Source of the DNA: Candidatus Moraniibacteriota bacterium
GTDB taxonomy: Bacteria; Patescibacteriota; Minisyncoccia; Moranbacterales; UBA1568
Length of the DNA stretch: 64,000 nucleotides
Direction of reading: 5' to 3'
Assembly: GCA_018499985.2 (NCBI GenBank)
Contig: JAHBAT020000003.1
Span: forward strand, 5,622-69,621
The notes beneath the pieces are model-generated. The model was given only the letters and a program-made list of their open reading frames with translations. It made no database searches and was not told the DNA's origin. A program made the translations under genes and the position numbers. The first letter of the stretch is position 1; every line of letters starts with the position of its first letter. Positions 48,322 to 56,878 of this stretch are shown here, in pieces.

Positions 48322-48816
48322 TTAATTGATATTTTCAATAATTTCCCGTCGTCGTCTTTGGGCGTGACAAAGCGCGATAGCAAGTGCATCTGCTGTATCG
48401 TCTGGTTTGGGGATTTCTTTGAGTTTCAGAAGCGCTTTTACCATTTGCTGTACCTGAGTCTTGTCCGCGCGGCCATAGTTAGTGAGGGCCTGTTTCACTT
48501 GAAGCGGCGTGTAACCGAATATACTAACACTATTTTCCTCAAGTGTCAAGAGTATAGCTCCTCTTGCCTGTGCTACAGAAATGACCGTTTTTTGGTTCTT
48601 GAAAAAGAAGAGTTCTTCTACGCCAGCTTCACTCGGTCTGTAGGTTTCAAGAATTTCCTTGATATCGCGAGAAATCTCTAAGAGGCGCTGACTCAAGGGC
48701 ATTTCTTTGGGTGTACTTATGTGCCCGGAAGCAACGATAGTGGGCGCGCCCGTTTTTATATCAATGACTCCCCAGCCCACCGTAGCGGTGCCGGGATCTA
48801 TACCAAGGATACGCAT
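48322..48816 (-). CDS. ruvC: Holliday junction resolvase RuvC
   Basis: ILGIDPG, VEELFF, QARG, YTPLQVK, DD.ADALAIA. Confidence 0.97.
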   Translation of the reverse strand: MRILGIDPGTATVGWGVIDIKTGAPTIVASGHISTPKEMPLSQRLLEISRDIKEILETYRPSEAGVEELFFFKNQKTVISVAQARGAILLTLEENSVSIFGYTPLQVKQALTNYGRADKTQVQQMVKALLKLKEIPKPDDTADALAIALCHAQRRRREIIENIN

Positions 48817-48836
48817 AATGCTGACAAAACCAATAA

Positions 48837-49358
48837 TTACAGACCCAGACGATCTCTTTTAGCTAGGCGCATAATTTCATCTTTCAGGCCATTGGGGTCA
48901 CCTACCTGGCGGAAACTAATACGTTCGTTTTCAGAAGCAGTCTGTAGCAAGAGATCGCCAAAGTTGAGAACGGTCGGTATAATGCCGTTGACACTGGTGC
49001 TAATATCTTGGATACGTGAATAGTGAACTTCACTAATGGTGCGAATAAAAAGACCCTTTTGTTCAATATTAAGAATTCTTTCATCGGTGATAATCCAAAC
49101 ATCAAAGTAGTAGTCAATCCAAAGCATAAAGCTATAGAGCCACATGAAAAGAAAGAAAGAGTTTTGGATAAATACCAGTACTTTTTTACCCCCAGCATCA
49201 GTGGCTTCTGGAAAAAGAATAAGGAAAAAAGAGATACCTCCAAAAATAATAACAAAAATAACTAAAAGGAGAAAAAAATGTGACGCCAGATTGAACCAGT
49301 GACGATGAACGACATGGAGCACTTGTTCGTTTTCTTTTTGTCCAGGAAAAGTAAGCAT
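48837..49358 (-). CDS. Membrane protein with a bacterial PH domain
   Basis: Two TM segments followed by WIITDERI...GLF.R...RIQDI...NFGDL..QTA. Confidence 0.8.
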   Translation of the reverse strand: MLTFPGQKENEQVLHVVHRHWFNLASHFFLLLVIFVIIFGGISFFLILFPEATDAGGKKVLVFIQNSFFLFMWLYSFMLWIDYYFDVWIITDERILNIEQKGLFIRTISEVHYSRIQDISTSVNGIIPTVLNFGDLLLQTASENERISFRQVGDPNGLKDEIMRLAKRDRLGL

Positions 49359-49363
49359 ATTTT

Positions 49364-49585
49364 TTAGAAAGAAGTAGGAATACCGAGTTCAGAAAATGGG
49401 AGACTAAAGAAGAGGATAGCATTAATAAAAAGGAGAATAGCTGCTACAGAGAGAAAGAAAGTTACTCCAAACAAAGCTTTTTTGCGATCGAGTGAATAGC
49501 GAAGGATATGAAAAACAACAAAAAGCGCTGCAAAAATATAGCAGAGAAAAAGAAGTGTATAGAAAAGTCCAAAAAGTGATTGCAT
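49364..49585 (-). CDS. Small two-TM hypothetical protein
   Basis: Hydrophobic ORF within the operon ruvB-X-PH-ruvC. Confidence 0.65.
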   Translation of the reverse strand: MQSLFGLFYTLLFLCYIFAALFVVFHILRYSLDRKKALFGVTFFLSVAAILLFINAILFFSLPFSELGIPTSF

Positions 49586-49624
49586 AGATGAATAGATATC
49601 ATCTATAGTGTAGCGCATTTTTGT

Positions 49625-50638
49625 CTAGCCAAGAAGTTTTTCTGCCTGCTCATCTGGCATAGGAATACCGAGGTGATCGTAGCCTTCTTTGGTCACTATA
49701 CGGCCACGCGGAGTACGTGTAAGAAATCCTATTTGAATAAGATACGGTTCGTAGACATCTTCAATGGTTTGGAGCTCTTCTCCGGTTACCGCTGCTAAAG
49801 ATTGAATACCAGCGGGTCCACCTTTGAATTTTTTGATAAGAGTCTCAAGCATCAATCTGTCAGTGGGCTCAAGACCAAGATGATCAATTTCGTAGAGCGC
49901 AAGAGCCTCTTTGGCAAGATCAGCTGTAATAATCTCATTGTCATGAATCTGGGCAAAATCACGCACACGTTTTAGGATACGATTGGCAACACGAGGAGTC
50001 TGTCTACTAGAAAGCGCAATTACTCGCGCACCGCCTTCGTCGGTCTCTATACCAAGGATACGGGCTGAGCGACTGACAATTTTTTCGATATCTTGGCTAT
50101 TGTAAAATTCGAGACGATGGGTAGAGCCAAAGCGGTTGCGTAGAGGGTTCGAAAGTGAGCCAAGGCGAGTAGTAGCTCCAATAAGAGTAAAGTGCGGAAG
50201 ATCAAGTTGGATGGTGCGAGCAGCAGGCCCTTTGCCGATGATGATATCAAGCTTGTAGTCTTCCATCGCCGGATAGAGAACTTCCTCGATGAGTTTGTTG
50301 AGACGATGAATTTCATCGATAAAGAGGACGTCGCCATCTTCAAGGTTGGTGAGAATCGAACCTAGATCACCGACTTTTTCGATGGCTGGCCCAGAAGTTA
50401 CTTTGATATTCACACCCATTTCTTTGGCAATGATATGAGCGAGGGTAGTTTTACCAAGACCAGCGGACCCATAGAGGAGAACGTGGTCAATATTTTCACC
50501 GCGCTTCTTGGCTGCCTGGATAAAGATACCTAGATTTTTTTTGATTTTATCTTGACCAATATATTCAGAAAAACTCTGAGGACGAAGGGTATTATCGAGA
50601 CTTTGCTCTTCAAATTCTTGAGGCGCGGTGGTGAGCAT
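49625..50638 (-). CDS. ruvB: Holliday junction DNA helicase RuvB
   Basis: [40 protein letters not shown]...RTPRGR; start trimmed to ATG 50638. Confidence 0.97.
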   Translation of the reverse strand: MLTTAPQEFEEQSLDNTLRPQSFSEYIGQDKIKKNLGIFIQAAKKRGENIDHVLLYGSAGLGKTTLAHIIAKEMGVNIKVTSGPAIEKVGDLGSILTNLEDGDVLFIDEIHRLNKLIEEVLYPAMEDYKLDIIIGKGPAARTIQLDLPHFTLIGATTRLGSLSNPLRNRFGSTHRLEFYNSQDIEKIVSRSARILGIETDEGGARVIALSSRQTPRVANRILKRVRDFAQIHDNEIITADLAKEALALYEIDHLGLEPTDRLMLETLIKKFKGGPAGIQSLAAVTGEELQTIEDVYEPYLIQIGFLTRTPRGRIVTKEGYDHLGIPMPDEQAEKLLG

Positions 50639-50703
50639 AGGGGTATTTGGAGGCTTAAATAAAAGAAAAATATACAAAATCAGTAAATATAGTATATCAG
50701 GAC

Positions 50704-50732
50704 TTGACAGGAATTCCAAACTCTGCTAATAT
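50704..50732 (+). promoter_or_regulatory. Sigma70-type promoter TTGACA-17-TAATAT with extended -10 TG
   Basis: Direct sequence match; points into an interval with no ORF. Confidence 0.8.
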
Positions 50733-50738
50733 ACTCCT

Positions 50739-50967
50739 TCAACTTGAAAAAGGTTGAAGATATTCAAAAACGTTCCTTTTTATCTGTAGGCAATTTGGGA
50801 ACTTCTATCTTTTGTTCTCAAAATCGGGACTTGTTGCCAAGATCTGGGTAGGGGGGTTTCGGCTCTGCTATTCCTCGACACCTGTCCTTTCTTCGGGCTC
50901 CTATGCTTGAGGATTTGTCTGCAGTTTAAAATGAAGGTTACAAAAACTCCTCTTACGAGGAGTTTTT
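50739..50967 (+). ncRNA. Candidate multi-stem ncRNA of unknown family
   Basis: Bracketed by a promoter and a terminator; closing stem 50784-93/50915-24 encloses three arms with many G-U pairs valid only on the + strand. Confidence 0.6.
50942..50967. terminator. Bidirectional intrinsic terminator
   Basis: AAAAACTCCTC-TTAC-GAGGAGTTTTT. Confidence 0.85.
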
Positions 50968-50970
50968 ATT

Positions 50971-52722
50971 TTATTCTTTAGAGGACGCTTCCTTAAAAGA
51001 AGGATCACTGAGGATGTCTTCGTAGAGATCTTCTAGAGCTTCATCTCTACCGGTAGTGCGCCAGACCTCTTGGAACGTAGTAATACCTTCAACTACTTTG
51101 AGGATACCATCCTGATTCATAGTGAGCATGCCTTCTTTGATGGCTGCTTCACGAATTTCATTCTCAGTAGCAAAGTTGTCAATAATTTTGGCAATACCAT
51201 CTGTCACAGGAAAGATCTCGAAGATTCCTTGGCGACCACGATACCCAGAAAAGTGACATTCAGCACAACCGACTGGCTTGTAGAGGGTTTCTATAGTTTT
51301 TGGTACATGAATACCTGTATTAAGAGGAATAGTAGCAAGAATTTTTTGAAGGGCGGCTATGGTTTTTGGCGCAGGAGTGTAAGCCTCACGACATTTTTTA
51401 CAAAGAACACGAACAAGACGTTGGCCAATAAAAATATTGACAGCACTTCCAATAAGAGAACCTTTGATACCAAGCTCACCGAGACGTACGATGGAGGCTG
51501 GAGCATCATTGGTGTGAAGGGTAGTGAACACGAGGTGTCCTGTAAGTGCTGCGTTTACTGCTACTTCAGCCGTTTCTTCATCTCGTATTTCTCCCACAAG
51601 AATAACATCAGGATCCTGACGGACAATAGCGCGTAGGGCTTGGCCAAAACCATATGAGTCGTCATTGTTTACAGCGGTCTGCACAACCCCAGGAAGAATG
51701 TATTCGATAGGATCTTCCACGGTAATAATTTTGACTGAAGACTCATTAATCTCACGAATCAAGCTGTAGAGCGTGGTAGTTTTACCGGAGCCTGTTGGCC
51801 CGGTATTCACAATCATACCGTGAGGTTTTTTGATTTGACGCTTAATTTCGAGAAGAGCTTCGCCTCGAAGACCCAGCGTTTCAAGTGGTACATCTGCTTC
51901 AGAACTATTAAGAAGACGCATGTTGATGGTCTCACCCTGGTTGGTAGGGATGATGCTGACACGGATATCGATACGCTCATCATCTTTCATAATAAAAAAG
52001 CTACCATCTTGAGCCCTGGCAGTGGCATTGAGCTTCATCTTGGCAAGCATTTTTACACGAGAAAGAGTAAGGTGATAGACATCTGATGGGATATGAGCGA
52101 TGTCTTCTAAGAGTCCATCGATACGGTAACGTAGGCGGACTTCGCCAGCCTCCGGTTCGATATGTATATCACTGGTATGAAGATGGTTGGCTCCAGCCAA
52201 AATAATCTCGAGCACCTTGGTAGTCGGAAGATTAGCAAGATTATTTTTAAGCGAAAGAAGGTCATCAAACTCTTTACCAAAAGTGGCAAGGTCTTCCTTT
52301 GAAAGACTCACCTTCATTTGATCAAGGTGTTCGATGAAGGGTTTTTTAGTATACTCTTCCCAAGCGCGTTCTAGAGAAGCGCTTGATATAAGATAGAATT
52401 TTATTTCTTGCTCACGCTCTTTGGCATAGGTGAGGAGTTTTTCTTTGATGGAGGCATCGGTTTGAGTTAGTCCGATACGGTAGATGCCGCGCTCTTTTTG
52501 AAAAAGGACAGAGAGGGTTTCTCTGGCAAGGTCTTCCGGAAACGAGCGGACATGATCTCCATCAACCGGAAAAAGAGAGAGGTCGATATAAGGGAGGCCT
52601 TGAGAGTGAGCGAGACGCTCGACCTCGCTTTCGCGAGAAGAAATATCGATTTTTTGCAAAAAATCACCGACACCTTCTTTTGTGCTATCAGCGGATTCTG
52701 ATTGTCTAACTACTTTGACCAT
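50971..52722 (-). CDS. GspE/PilB family type IV pilus assembly ATPase
   Basis: SDIHIEP, AQDG, TGPTGSGKTTTLY, TVEDPIEY, RQDPDVILVGEIRD, LTGHLV.TTLHTND, CxxC pairs. Confidence 0.93.
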   Translation of the reverse strand: MVKVVRQSESADSTKEGVGDFLQKIDISSRESEVERLAHSQGLPYIDLSLFPVDGDHVRSFPEDLARETLSVLFQKERGIYRIGLTQTDASIKEKLLTYAKEREQEIKFYLISSASLERAWEEYTKKPFIEHLDQMKVSLSKEDLATFGKEFDDLLSLKNNLANLPTTKVLEIILAGANHLHTSDIHIEPEAGEVRLRYRIDGLLEDIAHIPSDVYHLTLSRVKMLAKMKLNATARAQDGSFFIMKDDERIDIRVSIIPTNQGETINMRLLNSSEADVPLETLGLRGEALLEIKRQIKKPHGMIVNTGPTGSGKTTTLYSLIREINESSVKIITVEDPIEYILPGVVQTAVNNDDSYGFGQALRAIVRQDPDVILVGEIRDEETAEVAVNAALTGHLVFTTLHTNDAPASIVRLGELGIKGSLIGSAVNIFIGQRLVRVLCKKCREAYTPAPKTIAALQKILATIPLNTGIHVPKTIETLYKPVGCAECHFSGYRGRQGIFEIFPVTDGIAKIIDNFATENEIREAAIKEGMLTMNQDGILKVVEGITTFQEVWRTTGRDEALEDLYEDILSDPSFKEASSKE

Positions 52723-52904
52723 ACCCGGTAGTACTACTTCAACATTTTTTGCAAAATATTTTTAGGAGTAGGGTTATTTTTATTTATTTTAAAATCAATT
52801 CAATACAACAAACCTAAATCCTTAGTTGAAGTTGTCCCACCGGGCATAGGTTTGTTTTCTTTCATTGTAGCGCGGGACTACAGAGAGGACAAACCAAAGA
52901 AGAT

Positions 52905-54044
52905 TTAGAGTAATGCGACTTCAAGTTTTTCGAAAAGAATTTGCTCAGCTTCTTCAAGACTACCTGCAGGCAAAAGAAGAAGAATGGTATCTCCTAGGAG
53001 GGTATGATTAGGTAAGCGTTCTAGTAAAACCTCAAAAGCCTCTCGGGAAGCACTCTTGATGAGAACTCTCACGGTAGAAGTATTCTCCGGAGAAAGGAGG
53101 GCAAAGAATTTTGCCTGAGAAGAATTAGCTTTAATTTTTTCAAGGATAAGCGGCAAGTCATCTATCTCTGCACGAGCATGGACGATATCTTCTGTAGTTA
53201 CCAAAGACCACACCAGGTCAAGTTTAGGAGCTGATTTGATTTGAGCCATCGCTTTGCCCCAAAGTTTGATAAGGTGAAGGGGCTGGGTTTTGTAGAGTGA
53301 GCGAATGATGCGTTGTTGATCAGCACCCATTTGCATCAAGACAGAGGCGAGCTGAAGAGACTTGGGAGTAGTATTTTTTCTTTGAAAACTGTCTGTAGCA
53401 GCTATGATGCCTGTTAGGAGAGGGAGTGCCATCACGTCTGGCAGAGCTCCGGTTTTAGAAGCCAGGAAGAGATCGGCTACTATTTCAGCTAATGAAGAAG
53501 CTTTGAGATCAATAGCATTGAACTGTCCAAAATTTTCATTAGCGGGTTGATTATCTATATTGACCACTGGCATTTCATAAAAAATATCGGGGTCATTTTC
53601 ATAGATTTTGCCACAGCGCTCTTTGTCAGATGCGCCGAGGACAATAGCAAGGTCAAAAATGAATTGAGCTGGGATAAAAGAAAAATCACGAGGATCAATA
53701 GTGCCTTTTTCTGGAGTAAGATAGATGCGAAATTCTTTCGGTAGTCGTTCCGAAGTGATATTGACGATGTTATTGTACTCAGTATTGAAAGCTAGTACGA
53801 AATCACGCGAAGCAGTAATAGACTCCCTGATATTGGTAGGTCTCTCAAGAATAGAAAGACTTTCTAAGTCTCTTAAGAGGGTGTCTCCAGCGAGAGTGGC
53901 CTTCTTGCCAATTTTTTCAAAGAAAAGAGCCAAAGCCACAGCTGTAGATACAGCATCAAGTGAGGCATGCGGCGTGACGATAATAAGGGGATGAGAGGCT
54001 TTTTGGAGGAGCTCTTCAAATTGTTGGGCAAGATTTAGGGACAT
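52905..54044 (-). CDS. DHH-family (NrnA-like) protein with degenerate catalytic motifs
   Basis: SLDAVSTA, NIDNQPANENFG, LLTGIIAATDSF, LWGKA. Confidence 0.7.
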   Translation of the reverse strand: MSLNLAQQFEELLQKASHPLIIVTPHASLDAVSTAVALALFFEKIGKKATLAGDTLLRDLESLSILERPTNIRESITASRDFVLAFNTEYNNIVNITSERLPKEFRIYLTPEKGTIDPRDFSFIPAQFIFDLAIVLGASDKERCGKIYENDPDIFYEMPVVNIDNQPANENFGQFNAIDLKASSLAEIVADLFLASKTGALPDVMALPLLTGIIAATDSFQRKNTTPKSLQLASVLMQMGADQQRIIRSLYKTQPLHLIKLWGKAMAQIKSAPKLDLVWSLVTTEDIVHARAEIDDLPLILEKIKANSSQAKFFALLSPENTSTVRVLIKSASREAFEVLLERLPNHTLLGDTILLLLPAGSLEEAEQILFEKLEVALL

Positions 54045-54157
54045 GGCAGAAATAATGGAATAAGATGAATAATCAAAAATAGCAAGGAAAAAGCCTTACG
54101 TCAAGGGAAAAAATGTAAACCCTCGCCAAATCCCATGACACAGGCTAGGATAAAAAT

Positions 54158-54598
54158 ATGGAAAATCTACAGACTACATATAATAACGACGAAACAAAAG
54201 ATTTTGGCCGAAAATTAGCCAAAACTCTTCACCCGAGCATAGCCCTGTGTCTCTCGGGAGATCTCGGTGCTGGGAAGACTACCCTCTCACAGGGGATTCT
54301 TGAAGGCTTGGGTGCACTTCCTCCTTACACGAGTCCAACATTTGTCATTATGAAGGAATATGTACTTAGAGAAGCTACAGAGACAGGTATTAAGCGCATC
54401 TACCATGTAGATGCTTATCGAATAGAATCTAAAGATATTGAGCACCTTGGTTTTGAAGAATGGTGCAGCGATCCGAGCGGGCTTGTAATTTTGGAGTGGC
54501 CAGAGCGGATAGCTGAGCTGCTGCCACAAAAAAGAATAGACATTACTTTGACGCAAAAGGGGGAAATGGAAAGAGAAATAGTAGTCACAAAGAAATAG
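54158..54598 (+). CDS. tsaE: tRNA t6A biosynthesis ATPase TsaE
   Basis: LSGDLGAGKTT, SPTF, YHVDAYRI, ILEWPE. Confidence 0.95.
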   Translation: MENLQTTYNNDETKDFGRKLAKTLHPSIALCLSGDLGAGKTTLSQGILEGLGALPPYTSPTFVIMKEYVLREATETGIKRIYHVDAYRIESKDIEHLGFEEWCSDPSGLVILEWPERIAELLPQKRIDITLTQKGEMEREIVVTKK

Positions 54599-54670
54599 AC
54601 TTAACTATAAAAAGAGCCGCCCGAATCGTAGTTACGATGGGCGGCTTTTTTGTGGGCACGTTGGCCCGGA

Positions 54671-54874
54671 TTATTTCTTCTTGCTTTTCTTCGGGATGAG
54701 GCTCCGAAACATATGCCGGATGGCATAGAGGCAGACCCCAATCATGACGAGAGAAACAGCAACGGAGCTGTTGATCTTCATCACAATGAAGAAAGTGATG
54801 GCGATCTTGACCCAGAGGGGAAATCCCCAGAAGGTCTTCCAAAGCCATGTAAGAAATTTTTTAAAGGACTGCAT
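54671..54874 (-). CDS. Small membrane protein
   Basis: 67 aa with two hydrophobic segments and a basic tail; SD AAGGGGGA and upstream TTGACT-17-TATAAT. Confidence 0.6.
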   Translation of the reverse strand: MQSFKKFLTWLWKTFWGFPLWVKIAITFFIVMKINSSVAVSLVMIGVCLYAIRHMFRSLIPKKSKKK

Positions 54875-55104
54875 GATATTCCCCCTTGGAATTTTGTGAC
54901 GATGATAGGATTACCACCTTGACTTTATATTATACACCTTTTTACTATAAAAGTCAATATTAAAAAGGCTTATCTAAAGCGTCCACATGCAAATAAACGC
55001 TTTAGATAAAACTTTTAATGCTCTATGAAAATCCGAAAAAAATCAGAGTCTCAATTGAGGGCAGAAGCGAATATAATAAAACGCTTCTGCCAAGGTGCGT
55101 GGAA

Positions 55105-55203
55105 TTAGCTTTCCCGCGGCTTCTTGGGAGGTTTTTTCTTTTCCTCCTCCTTTACCGTAAACGGTTTGCCGCGACCTACGGATCCACTGTTGGATGCTGC
55201 CAT
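55105..55203 (-). CDS. Putative 32-aa Lys-rich microprotein
   Basis: MAASNSGSVGRGKPFTVKEEEKKKPPKKPRES; SD GAGGGAG; hairpin after the stop codon. Confidence 0.4.
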   Translation of the reverse strand: MAASNSGSVGRGKPFTVKEEEKKKPPKKPRES

Positions 55204-55366
55204 ATTTCTTACTCCCTCTTAAGAATCCACTACATGGTGTAATGAATTCAGTTGAGGGGAGAAGCATACAGAGATGCTTTCCCGGAAGTGACTATTGGTT
55301 CGGGTTGTCACGTTCCCCGGAGCTTCTATTCTGTTGCCAGGTCGAAACTCAAACACCCCGCCCATA

Positions 55367-55474
55367 CTAGAGAAGATCTCGTAGTATGATCCACAGTCCG
55401 AGGACTGTGGATGCTACCTTTATCGCACCATAGGCGCGACACAGATAGCGACAGATACGACGAAGGCGCATCAT
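55367..55474 (-). CDS. Putative 35-aa basic/hydrophobic microprotein
   Basis: MMRLRRICRYLCRAYGAIKVASTVLGLWIILRDLL; TG-G-TATACT extended -10 about 20 nt upstream. Confidence 0.3.
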   Translation of the reverse strand: MMRLRRICRYLCRAYGAIKVASTVLGLWIILRDLL

Positions 55475-55637
55475 TTTTTTCTAAGCGGTACAGTATACCA
55501 CTAGATAGACACTGACTTTTTATGTGGAATAGGCCTCCTTTTCTAAAGAACAAATCCTCTATAAGCCTTCAATCAATTTGAAAACTTAATAGAGGGCAGA
55601 AGTGAATACGATGAGACGTTTCTGCCAAGTTTAGGAG

Positions 55638-55895
55638 CTAGGGCTCTATGCCCTGGTCCCAGATATCCTCGGGATCCTTTTCGATACTTTCGATTTGGAC
55701 CTCCGAAAATATTTTGTAGGTGGTGAATGACTGGAACATCGGGTAGTCACTCGTGAGCCTTACCTGAGCATCTCGAGTGATACGCTCTCTCGTCCAAGTC
55801 AGCGCTTCTTCGGGAGAAGCAAACTCTTTATCAAAGAGTCCGTACTCGAATCCACCAAAGAATACGTCTGCCTTTTTTGAAATAACTAGATACAT
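55638..55895 (-). CDS. Small hypothetical protein
   Basis: Start ATG 55895 with SD CAGGGGG; promoter TTGACT-17-TATACT at 55953-55981. Confidence 0.6.
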   Translation of the reverse strand: MYLVISKKADVFFGGFEYGLFDKEFASPEEALTWTRERITRDAQVRLTSDYPMFQSFTTYKIFSEVQIESIEKDPEDIWDQGIEP

Positions 55896-56106
55896 GGTAA
55901 CCCCCTGTTTGTGGAAAGAATTTTTGTGAGTCATTTCGTAACTCAACAGCACAGTATACCCTTTCTGTGACAAAGAGTCAATAATAGTGTCTAGTATATA
56001 TTTAAAATATATCTATAAAAAACTTTAAATAAAGCATAAATATTATAATATATAATATTCATCAAAAATATTGACTAAATATAGAAAAGAGAATATAATA
56101 AAGCTT

Positions 56107-56841
56107 ATGAACACAGAAGAAGCACTCAAAACTCTCGGGCTTAATGATAAACAAGTAGCTGTCTATCTTGCTCTTTTACAGCTAGGTCAATCTACTGCTT
56201 ATCGAGTAGCTACGAAGAGTGGTCTCAAAAAACCTACTACGTACGTGATACTTGATGAGTTAATAGAAAAGGGTTTAGTGTTCAGGGTGCCTCAGATGAA
56301 GACACAGCACTATGTTGCTAGGACCCCTGAAGAAGCCTTTGCTCGAGCTTCGCATGAACTTTCTCAAGCAAGGGCTCTTCTGCCTGAGATTTTGGCTATG
56401 GCCAAAGGCAAGAAAAATAAAGTCAGCGCCTTATATTTTGAAGGCGTAGAAGGCATGAAACAGATGCTTGAATATAGATTTAAGGAACATGCAGGCGAGG
56501 AAATGCTTGGTTTTTGGGCTACGGATAAGAATGCTTCACCAGAACTGACAGAATATTTTAAGGAAGAATATCCCAAAAAAATGCAGCGTCACAGTATTCG
56601 GATGAGAGGCTTGGCTCCGGCCGATGAACAGCTGGAGATTTATCGAAAGACCGACCAAGCCTATGGGAGAAATATCAAACAAATTTCTACGAAAGATTAC
56701 TCATCAGAAGTAGCTATTACAGTGACGGGTGATTTAGTTCGAATCGAGGATTATAAAAATCTACAGGGAATGGCTATAGAAAATGAGGATGTAGCCAGAG
56801 CACTTCGACAGATATTTGAAATGGTGTGGCGTAAGTACTAG
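56107..56841 (+). CDS. TrmB-family HTH transcriptional regulator
   Basis: LKTLGL...VYLALLQLG...VA.KSGLKKPTTY.IL..L..KGLV, YFEG.EG, F...W; start ATG 56107. Confidence 0.88.
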   Translation: MNTEEALKTLGLNDKQVAVYLALLQLGQSTAYRVATKSGLKKPTTYVILDELIEKGLVFRVPQMKTQHYVARTPEEAFARASHELSQARALLPEILAMAKGKKNKVSALYFEGVEGMKQMLEYRFKEHAGEEMLGFWATDKNASPELTEYFKEEYPKKMQRHSIRMRGLAPADEQLEIYRKTDQAYGRNIKQISTKDYSSEVAITVTGDLVRIEDYKNLQGMAIENEDVARALRQIFEMVWRKY

Positions 56842-56878
56842 TTTTGTTTTATTAAAGCCAAAAGAGTATAATACAGGT

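Larger units (their letters stand above)
55057..55629. repeat. Two copies of a 38-nt hairpin repeat (55057-55094 and 55592-55629)
   Basis: GAGGGCAGAAGYGAATAYRATRARACGYTTCTGCCAAG with about 6 differences; each lies ~10 nt past a - strand stop codon. Confidence 0.8.

Noticed and set aside
52805-52858. c-di-GMP riboswitch upstream of the pilus ATPase
   Set aside because: Only a single ACAAACCTA/TAGGTTTGT hairpin is present, without the GEMM consensus.
55088-55362. tmRNA on the - strand (GGGGTGTTTGAGTTTCGAC resembles an ssrA 5' end)
   Set aside because: There is no TTCRANT T-loop or proper 3' acceptor end, and the internal ORF does not end in an Ala-rich tag; cmsearch with the tmRNA model would settle it.
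55057-55629. Integron attC sites
   Set aside because: No RYYYAAC/GTTRRRY core sites, shorter than typical attC, and no integrase in the window.
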